A model generated the notes under the pieces. It was not told where the DNA came from. It saw only the letters and a program-made list of their open reading frames with translations, and made no database searches. A stretch of DNA of 64,000 nucleotides from Octopus vulgaris (Eukaryota), in the NCBI GenBank assembly GCA_951406725.2, contig OX597825.1:14756001-14820000 (forward strand), read 5' to 3'. Below are positions 53,746 to 64,000 of this stretch, piece after piece; the first letter of the stretch is position 1; every line of letters begins with the position of its first letter. Position numbers and translations under genes: made by a program.

Positions 53746-54942
53746 GAGAAATGTACTGTATACATTGGGAGGCTATTACAATAAACGTGACAGATTGTTA
53801 ACTTACAAGTTAATCAGCATCATTTTTTATGTTTTTCTTTTTTAAATGTATAATTATAAGTATCAGATTTTCATCGTTGCCCATAGAAAAAACAACAACA
53901 GTGTGCTCTAAATGTTTGCTTTTATTATTAAAAAAACAGCCTTATAGGAATTGATAACATGAGAAATCCTGCAACTGTTAATACTCAAAAATTAAACATG
54001 TCAACCTGTTGAAAAGGTTTGCCATATAAATAGAAATCTGTCAGGGGAAGTTAAAAAGTTAACAAAATGTCACCAACGAAACGGTTTGATTTGAACTTGA
54101 TGCTTTCTCTCCAAAACTTTTTATATGAATAGAACACAAATACGGGCGTATAAGTCCAAGTGGTTTTAGGTACCTGCTACGCTAAATAATTTTATTGATG
54201 TCAGGAACTTCTGTACGGCTGTAGTGTGCGACATCTCTGCTGCATTTCATAGGAAGAATAACCTCCATGTATCTGGCTTTTGAAAACCCAGAGCGTTAAT
54301 CGTTGAGAAAGTAGGAAAATAGACGTTGACTATGACACATGAGATATAGCACAATGCCTAAATATTTCACTTGAGATTATGATTTTCTCGTCTGCTATAT
54401 CATATTGATGGGTTCAGTTTCTATAATCTATGAATAATACTTATATAACTTTGCAAGTCCGCCTACATCTCTTGAAGCATCCTTTAAGACATTTGAATGT
54501 ATTCAGCAAAGGTAAAATCTTTCTATAGATCAAATTCCAATATTAAAATTAATAACTGTCTTATATTCAATGATATAAACCACATGATTTCTGCAATATA
54601 AATAACCTGGCATGTTACAAACACTGAATGTAATAAGATCCCAAACTAAGATAAATCAAATTTCAGAATTTATTCTCTTTCTAGAAATATAGTAGTAGAC
54701 CTGTGTTGTGTCTTCTTCATTAAGTATGCTGGATTTAGGTTAGGCATTTGTTCGAGTGTTGCATATTATAAACCGGGAGGCCTTGTCTGTGTTGTCTTAT
54801 TGAAAATCAAAACTGTTAGAAAAAATACCGCTACACAAAAATAGATGTTTATGATGTGTGCATATATGTATGTATATATACACATATACATACATATATA
54901 TGCATATACATGTAATATATAAATATATAGATATAGATATAG

Positions 54943-54975
<33 letters not shown>

Positions 54976-56576
54976 TGTATGTATGTACGCATGTATGTAT
55001 GCATGTATGCATGTGATGCATGTATGCATGTGATGTATGGATGTCTCTACATATGTCCATGTGTTGTGTGCGTGCGGGAAGGCACAGATATTTACAAATA
55101 CGCCGAAAAAAAGGGAAGAACGCAAGATGAACTGTAGAAAAGTACGTAGCAGAAAGCAAGACAAGAGATAAAATATTACGAATCAATATATGTCAGTTCT
55201 GAATGCATTTCGTAATAAATTTCTTAACGTGAACACCAATAATTTACACTGCTTAATGTCTTTATAAACATTAATATACAGCGCTACGATATTGAAGGAT
55301 TCCGAGTCATTAAAACGTTACAGATTGCGATACAAACTTAGTTTAACAGCAAACGACATTCAAAAATTAAATATATCGATGTATATTATTCAGTAACGTA
55401 ATTCAATTATTCTACTAATATATTTTGAGCTGCTCTTCCATTAAACCAAAACTATGTAATTTGTATTCATTAGCGTATGTCTAATGCTTAAATATATTAG
55501 GATACTAAATGGTGTTTCACGTGTAATATAAACACACTGTATAGCATTTGTAATTCCTTGTTTTACTTAAATATTGTATATGCTTATTAAAAAAATATGC
55601 TTTTGATTTTGGAAATTTGAATGCGAAATATGCATTAGCTTAAATGTTATTTCCTAGATCATCATTTATTTACTTATTTATTCAGTTATTTATTTAGTTA
55701 TCAGTAATACTGCCATAGCTGAAGCTGCGTTACATTTTCATTTAGTTTGTTTTGAATAATTGAAATCCAGCATGATTGATATGATAACGCACGAATTCAT
55801 GTACGGTTTTTTCCCTCTTTATTTGAAGTCTTCCTCGAAAGAAGAATGTGCTTTCTAAGAAAGACACAAAGATAACGTAGATAACAAAAGAAATATACAT
55901 TTTTAAACTGAGAAAAGTCCAATATATTTTTCCTGTTCTGCTAACAGGTTGTATTTGAGATTGTACGAGTTCGTCCATTGATTTCTTCTTCCGAAAGATT
56001 CTACTTCTTCTCAAAGACATTATTTTATAACTAAAATTAATGTATAAACCTTTGACAGTTCTATAGATTTACAAGGGATTTTTACTTGCAATAATTGTGG
56101 GAATGTTTTGTTGGGGTTTTCTTTTGGGGAAAGTGTGATAGTAATGGAATCACCGGCTTCCAAACGATATTTTATATAAGCTTCAGGGTCAGTATGTGAC
56201 AGTGTGTGGTTGGGTTTTCCAGGAGTTTCTGGAGGTTAATGTAACATGATAGCATGCTTGGTTAATCATTGTGTTGATATACATTGGTGTAGGTGTGGAA
56301 GTTATCGTTGGTTTAATAGACAGATACGGAATAGTCGGGTTGGATTTCTAGTTTAGGTAGAATTCAGAGAAGCAATTCTTGGGTACCCTTACAAAGAACC
56401 TCCCAATTGCACCTAGGAATCTCCATACAGAGCTCTTAATGTAGAAAAGAAAGGATTTTGGTAATTTTTTCTGTCGGTTGTACACTGTGTAAGTTTGATC
56501 TTTTAATATATAAATATGTATATATTTATACTTAAATATTGATCGGCTGAACATGTTCATTCTTTATTCTCTTTCT

Positions 56577-56634
<58 letters not shown>

Positions 56635-56939
56635 TTGATTGGATAATCACTTATATTCCGTCATTTCAAAACATTCTGTTGTTTTAAATGTTTATTACTC
56701 ATTTATATTGGGCAAAAGGGAACTTCCCCAGGGGCAAGCATCTCAAAACTTGTTCGCGTCTAGAATGCATTATTTTACCCTCAGATGCAAAAATATGGTA
56801 AGATTATTCTCAATATAGGTCAGGTTTTTTTAGTTGCAGGTCTGTATGATTTTGCAGTACAAACTACTTGCCAATTGTTAGTATAGTTTTTGTTTCTGTC
56901 TTTATATATATAATGGTTTTCTCATAACAGAACACCAGG

Positions 56940-57377
56940 GTAGGAACGGTGCTTACTATCACGAAATCTTAGACCAAAATGAAGCATTAAGTGCAGGAAC
57001 ATATTGTTCTCAACTTGATGTGTTCCACTATTTGCAGAAAAGAGGCTCAGTTTTTGTCATTCCTAACAGAATATTGCTCTTACACGATCATTCAATATCA
57101 GATATTAGATAAGTCACGCAGAAGGTCACTGCATTAACTACGTATGTTTTCGCTCATCGTCCTTACACTTCTGACCCTGTTCCATGTGACTAACATCTTG
57201 TCAGATCTTTGTGTTATTACGTAGAGGACAAACAGGCTATTAATTGCGAAGAGATTAAAAATGGTTTTACGTGTTTCTTTCCTTCAAAATCGGAAGAACG
57301 TGACGCCTTAAGGATCAATAATTTACGAAACAAATGATATATGGTGCTATCAAATACATGAGAAAATATCTTGATTA
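56940..57377 (+). pseudogene. Mariner transposase relic (C-terminal half)
   Basis: YHEILDQNEALSAGTYCSQL..ILLLHDH..HRPYTSDPVPCD*HLVRSL, a degenerate HPPYSPDLAPSDYHLFRSL motif; stops and frameshifts. Confidence 0.8.
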
Positions 57378-58364
57378 AATACATCAATTAAAACCAAAGA
57401 AACATTTGATTCTACCCGATCTTAAAATGCGATAGAGCAGTCTTTCCAAACTAATATATGTGTACGGGTTTCTGCATATACTTCCCGATGTGTTTACGCG
57501 GAAATATTAATGTACTTTTATATACTGTGTTTCACTCTCTCTCTCTCCCTCATTCCCCACTTCTCTATCTTTTTCTTAATCTCTCTCTTAATCTCTCTCT
57601 CTCTCTCTCTCATTTTACCTCATTCAATCGTGCGCTACGATTTCTTTGTATGACTTCATCCATCTTTAATATAATATAAATATATGTCAGTATCACTGCG
57701 TCGGGTTAAGACACGGAAACTTTTTTTGTGTTATTAATTGGAAAATTATTTCCGTAAGGGGGATGGGATATAAATACCTAATATCAATCAACCAAAATTA
57801 ATTGGGGTTACGCTCTATTGACCTTCTTTCACTTTAGGGTTAAAATGACCATTAATAATAACGCACACACGCACACACACAAATGGCCTAGAGAAGTAGT
57901 GTAGCATGAAATTGAATATACGTTCTTCCTGAAGAGCGTAATCATGAGAAGTTAAGCAGTTCGAATAATTTAAATTCACTAATAGATGAATATACATTAT
58001 AGAGACATAGAAAAATAATACTATTTTATGAATTATTGTGAAACCTAGACAATATTCAATGAAGTATGATGTCTCGAGGGATCTGTAACACACGAGAAGA
58101 CGCCCAGAAATGTCACCATGTTTAACAAATATCAGAATGGATCCAGACTAAGATGAAAGGATATATTTATGTGACATTTTGTTTCAATAAAATTTTAGGC
58201 CTCCTACGGTCTGAGCTTTCTAATTATAATTAAAATGCTTCTGAATAAACAGCGGTTTCTCGTTCATATTAAACTGCATATAACACACGAAGAAGGCATC
58301 TAATGCAGCACTCTCATGCAGTTGATTATTACATGTTGTACACACGCACACATACATACATACA

Positions 58365-58441
<77 letters not shown>

Positions 58442-59004
58442 ACACAAATACTGTTGTGTCTCGGGAGAGTCATTTTCTTTTTGTTTCTTATTTTTATTTT
58501 CCTAAAATTTTCGTTACGTCTTGCAATCTTTTCAATAGTCTCGACTCTGTCCGTTATTTACACTGGGTTCCTTTCTATTTGTTTGTGCGCATGTGTGTGT
58601 GTTATGTAACTAAGTACCATGTTTGTATGTAGGATGTGCATCCCTATATGTGTGGATCCGTGTCTCCATATGTGTCCTTGTGTGGAGTAGAGTGTGTGTG
58701 TATATATGTTTAAGTGTGTCAGTCTCCATTTGCGTATGTGTGCTTGTCTGTTCTTATAACCTATGTACCTATCCGTCTGTATGTTGATCTGTTATTTTCA
58801 TATCCATATACTTACATAAAAAAAAATAAATAAAATACATGTGCATACACACACACATCTATCTACAATACAGTCCACTAACTATTCTACTCTACCTGTG
58901 TAAACTGTGGGTATGGAGGTATTATATCTACTATATATATTTCCAGGCTAAACAAATGCTAGTACTACTATTTCTTTCATTCTACTAAAAAAGCCTCTAA
59001 TATA

Positions 59005-59137
59005 TTAGTTTCGGCTCAAAGCTGTGGCCATGCAGGCGCACTGCCCTTTTGCTCTATACTGTTATTATCGAGAGCCTCCTCTAATATGAGACATTTGGTG
59101 AATAAGGGAGTTTGATGTCACTACCCTTATTTGCACC
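59005..59137 (-). mobile_element. Second 3' fragment of the CR1-like LINE
   Basis: Reverse complement aligns with ~3874-4005, including tail GCATGGCCACAGCTTTGAGCCGAAACTA. Confidence 0.8.
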
Positions 59138-59139
59138 AA

Positions 59140-59480
59140 GTGGGGAAAAGGAGGAAGATATGAAAGAGAGGGAGGGACAGAGTGAGGGAGAGAAGAGAAA
59201 AAGAGGAAGGTATGAAAGAGAGAGGGGGAGAAATAGATGTAGAGAGAGAGACAAAGGGAGGGAGAGGAAAGTGGGAAAAGGAGGAGGATATGAATAGGAG
59301 GGAGAGACAGAATGAGGGTGAGAGGTGAGAAAAAGATGAAGGTATGAAAGAGGTATGAAAGGGGGAAAAGAAGGAAGATATGAAAAATAAGGAGAGACGA
59401 AGAGGAAGGAATGAAAGAGGAGCAGGTAACGAGGGTATGAAGGAAAGAGAAAAACGAAAGGTACAGAGCGGGAGGACAAC
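59140..59480. repeat. GA-rich low-complexity tract with recurring GAAGRTATGAA
   Basis: Seen directly. Confidence 0.85.
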
Positions 59481-59515
59481 TCTAATTAAAAAGATAAGGT
59501 GAAAAACCGATTGTG

Positions 59516-59675
59516 AAAAGAAAGAGGTTTCGTAACGAATTTACAACCGTAAATTTTTCAAATAGAATATAAATGAATTAGAATATAACGAAGTTAAATG
59601 GAAAACGATAATGATAAAAAGAAGAGGTTACGTGACGTATTTGCTACCGTAAATTTTCAAATAGAATGTAAACAA
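59516..59675. repeat. Imperfect ~60-bp direct repeat with ~100-bp period
   Basis: AAGAGGTTWCGTRACGWATTTRCWACCGTAAATTTT..CAAATAGAAT occurs twice. Confidence 0.8.
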
Positions 59676-59999
59676 ACAATTCGTTTTATCTCAAACTTCA
59701 TCCGATATTACCAAAGATAAAACAAAATAAACAACAAAATGAATTGGATACTTATTCCCAAGAGGTAAAATTCCAATCCTTGTTCTTGTAGGAAGCGGTT
59801 TTCTTTCAAAGAAAAATCGAATACTTTTTACACACGACCACTAATGAAAGTACAATTTATCACCACGTGCTTTCTCCGAGGACAACTTGCGTCACTGATT
59901 TCAATATAATATATTGAACTTTTAGTGTAATTAATTAATACTTTTTACTAATATATTATAGTAGGCCGTTATGAAATAACAAGTACTACGTTTTTGTTT

Positions 60000-60781
60000 T
60001 GTCAGCTGCGGGCCATCGGAAAAGTTAGCAAATTTGGGATCAATAGGTTACCCACACATTTTCCGAATCCTATGGCGCACAAAGAGCGAATGTGTGCTCT
60101 TCTTTGCTGTCACGTCTCACGTATGGACATTTTTTTAGACCGTATAGTCACTTATAACTAGAAACGGGTTCTCTATAAAAATGTCAAGCGCCGTAGATAG
60201 TGGGTAAGGAAAGGAGAAATACCGGTGCTCCAGGCTAAAGAAGGACTTCATCCACGTAAGGTGTTGTCTTATATTTGGTGGAATATGAAATGCACAGTCC
60301 ACTTTGAACTTTTAAACCCCAACCAAACGATAACAAATGATATCTACTTGAGCGGCCTAAGTCAGCCGACTAGAAAAAAAGACGATCATCTTTGCTTTCT
60401 ATCAGGATAATGCTCGGCCACATACAGCGAGGATGACATTCCAAAGGCTGGAGCAGTTTGAACGGGAAACGATGCTCCACCTATCATATTCGTCATTGCC
60501 CCATATGATTATCATTTGTTCTGCAGTCTTCAAAATCATTTGGACGAAAAAGTAAAAATGAGAATTCTATAAACGAAGTGAGAACAGTACTAGAGGAGTA
60601 TTTTTCTTCACGGACAATTGAATTTTGGAAGAAGGGCATTGCAAGTCTATCAGATATATGGAAGAGCATTGTAGAAAATGAAAGTGTGTATATTTTAGAT
60701 TAAAAATGAAATTTGTTTATCTTAATTTAGAAAAGTAAAAGAAGTTTAAGACAGCCGCATTATTTATGGGATGACCTAATA
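60000..60781 (+). pseudogene. Mariner transposase relic with right TIR
   Basis: FLDRIVT..KRVLYKNVKRRR*WV..AKEGLHPRKVLSYIWWNMKCTVHFELLNPNQTIT..QDNARPHTA..APYDYHLFCSLQNHL; terminal CCGCATTATTTATGGGATGACCTAATA. Confidence 0.9.
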
Positions 60782-62021
60782 CTTCCGTTGCCGTTTGCTA
60801 CCGTTTCGGTGGCTCGTGATCTCTCAACCCGCTTCGAAGGCTACTTTTCTGCCTCTGCGACCCAGTCCAACGTATTTATATGTGTATGGATACTTGTGTG
60901 TACGTTCGTAGGTGTATCTAGACAAGAATGACGGTTAAGGATGAGAATAAAGAAAAGTATAGTAAGCGCTTGCACGCGTGTGAGCGAGTATGCGCGTGGT
61001 GGTGTGAGTATGCCCATGTGATTATTTTGGTGTTTGTGCGTATTAGCAATCCGTGAGCTCTTTCAGGGTTCTGTGATTCGTATTTATCGTTTTATTTTCG
61101 TCTTATGTGTACTATAGAATTATGGGTTTCGCTTATGGGGTGCGATTAGAGAGTTGGGTGTGTTTAGGGCGTGGGTTTTGGAGTGTATTGCTTTCTTGTG
61201 AGGAGGGGAAGAAGAGAATAGGGGAGGTGTGGGTGCAAGATTCTGAGTGCGCCTGAATTCGTGTGTGATTACCTGCGTGATTATGTAAGTGTATATGCGT
61301 GTGTGAGAATGTGTGTATGTGTATGTGTGTTCCAACAGTCATGTGAGTGTGAGTTCTTTGTAGTAGAAGGGAGGAGAGAAGAGAGTAGCTTTGTTGTGAG
61401 CATGTGTGCCTGTGTGTGTATCTGCGTGCACGTGTATATATGAAAGTGTGTGTCCCTCTGTGTAAGAGCGTAGGTTTGTGTGTATACCTTCGTTCATGTA
61501 TGTTCAGGTCTGGGTTCGCGTGCATGTGTGCGTGTGCATAATGTATGTCTTTGCCTGTACAAGTATGTACGTCTGCGAATATATATCTCTGTGTGCCTCT
61601 ACGCGGTGTCGTGTGTGTGTGAGTGTGTGACTGTTTGTTTATTCAACTGTCCCTATGCGCGCTATGTGTATTTATTCATGCATATATGTACATATCTGTC
61701 GGTACGTTCGCGTGGATGTGTGTAGGTGTAGAATAGAACTGTTACACATATAAACATATTAACTTATATATGTTTGTATGTTGTGTGTAATTTTGTACAG
61801 GCTTTCGGGCGTTCTGTTGTTCTAATCCTATCTTTTACACTTTTGCCTATGTTAGATATGTAAATCTGCCTACTTACATACTTACATATCTGTCTCCTTA
61901 CATATCTACACATATATCAATATTTCTACCTCCCTGTCCAATCGGGCGCACCCATTTATGCATAAAGCGTGGCCGGCAACAGTAGCGTTGAATTACTCCT
62001 GCCTACACACAAACACATGCG

Positions 62022-62069
<48 letters not shown>

Positions 62070-62271
62070 ATAGAAATATTAAAATTACGAAGTCTCTCTA
62101 AAAGAGATCGCGACAGCGCTACTGGAAATTAATTGATATACTAATATGGTAGTCTTATATAAGACTAAAACTGTCGCTTATTAGCTCCATGAGGCCATCC
62201 GCCTTAAGATAGCTACTTGATACACAAACTGTATCCATATATATATTCCTCTGAATCTAAATTTTGCTGAA

Positions 62272-62336
<65 letters not shown>

Positions 62337-62432
62337 GGATTAATGAATTATCCTTTGTTTACCGTTAACGTGGAAAATTCAATAAACAGTTACCAGGGTA
62401 GCAAAATTCACGCAAGTAACAAGGATGTAGCG

Positions 62433-62479
<47 letters not shown>

Positions 62480-62488
<9 letters not shown>

Positions 62489-62744
62489 TAGAAAAAAAAC
62501 ACCTTTCATCAATTCAAAATGAATAATTAAATCACACCATCTAGAAAATTACATATAATAGAAAAGTTACAATTAAAATAACAATTAAAAAGTAAAGATT
62601 ATTACATTATTCTTGTAACTTACTTAATCTTTACTATTTAATTGTTATTTTAATTTTTACTTTTCTATTATATGTAATTTCCTAGATGGTGTAATTTAAT
62701 TATTCATTTTGAATTGATAAAAGGTGTTTTTTTCTAATATTTTA
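62480..62744. repeat. Near-perfect fold-back, ~120-bp arms, ~23-bp spacer, bounded by (TA)n
   Basis: Arms 62480-62601 and 62625-62744. Confidence 0.92.
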
Positions 62745-62833
62745 TATATATATTATATTGTGAGGAATTTGATTTAGTATTTCTAAATTGAATTCTTTTT
62801 CCCTGTAAGTTTGGATTTTATTCCCTCAACTAA

Positions 62834-62872
<39 letters not shown>

Positions 62873-63399
62873 GTTATACATGCATGTGTTTATACATGTG
62901 TGTGTGTGTCTATTTATCTGTCTGTCTGTGTTGAGAACTGGGGTTGATGTAATCGACTCATCCCGTAATTGCTGGCCTCATACCAAAATTCGAAATCACT
63001 ATACATGCACGTAAATATGTACGTATGTGTGTTTGTATAGATAACTATTCAGACATTAAAAAATTCATAGCAATATAAATTGAACATGATATGATATAAT
63101 ATATTCAGTGAATGTATTTATAGCACAAATATTTTACATATTGTATTTTTTTGATTAATTTCCCAGACATTATCAGTTTCAATATTTTTCTGAATATATA
63201 TTTAATTAATTTAAGATATATTTAATTACTTTAAGATATTCTCGCTATAGACTTTCAAATAATATTTTACTACACATTTACTGGCTCTGTGTTCATTACG
63301 GAATCTATTTAATTAATAACTTATATATGGTAAAATTTGTTTCTTTGAATTATAGAATGTTTGCGTAAAGACAAAAGATGGTACAGATTTGGTGTGATA

Positions 63400-64000
63400 G
63401 TTTAACACTGAAGATTTTGATGAATCCAAGAAGGACATAGTTGAAGCCAAGGAGAAACAGATTGATCGCCTGACCATTGGAACAAGAATTTAAATAAGAG
63501 ACACTCCAACCTGGTCAAGCAGTAATAGGGACTAGGCATGACGGTCAGGTGATTAGTGATAACAGAAACGATGTAGGCATTTGCCCGACCTTTCTGAGAC
63601 AGTTTCCTGTGTAAGTTTGACGCTCTGTTTGCCACCTCGTCCCAGTTCTTATCCTGGAGGTCGGGACCGAACCAGACCCCGACCAGTACAGCTGGTCTGT
63701 CGGTCCAGCGTTCGACGACGCCATACTATGGCATCGCCCTGCCTCTCCAAGAGACCAACCGCAAACCCACCGATATGTTGGCGTTGATTTTAGCCCTTGC
63801 AACCGATTCAGATTCCTTGAGAATGGTACTAACCGTCTCCACTTCGGAGGCTTCCCTTCTGTGTCCGACTTTGAAAGGGATGTTCCTTATCTGTTCCAAA
63901 TTCCGCAGCAGTAGCTCGAGTGCCAACACGTACAGACGAGGCGACGGCGAGCAAACCTGACAGACCAAGGGTGCGATGACAAACGGTTCCTCAGATCACT
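63400..64000 (-). pseudogene. L1/Tx1-type reverse transcriptase fragment (continues beyond the window)
   Basis: VCQVCSPSPRLYVLALELLLRNL (degenerate GVRQGCPLSPLLYxLALEPLL); AKINANISVGL; RKLSQKGRA; frameshifts. Confidence 0.85.

Overview
Eukaryotic, AT-rich, microsatellite-dense DNA. The tRNA-headed SINE families and abundant (TA)n/(CATA)n tracts point to an octopus or related cephalopod (inference). I found no intact protein-coding gene, and almost all ORFs in the track are microsatellite or SINE artefacts. The window is a mosaic of four tRNA-derived SINE types; decayed LINE pieces (CR1-like, RTE-like, L1/Tx1-like); two mariner transposase relics; an 8-bp-TSD MITE in two copies; a U6 snRNA retrocopy; and many fold-back inverted repeats. 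The most interesting items are: (1) a Penelope-like insertion (4771-7113) with a GIY-YIG fragment between ~850-bp inverted arms, each carrying a complete minimal type-I hammerhead ribozyme whose C3-G8 core pair is swapped to G3-C8; (2) a SINE that forms head-to-tail multimers of a ~184-nt unit with the same junction at three independent loci, consistent with a circular-RNA or repeated template-jumping mechanism; (3) a SINE/LINE pair sharing a 3' tail with compensatory stem changes. All calls were made by eye, without database searches.
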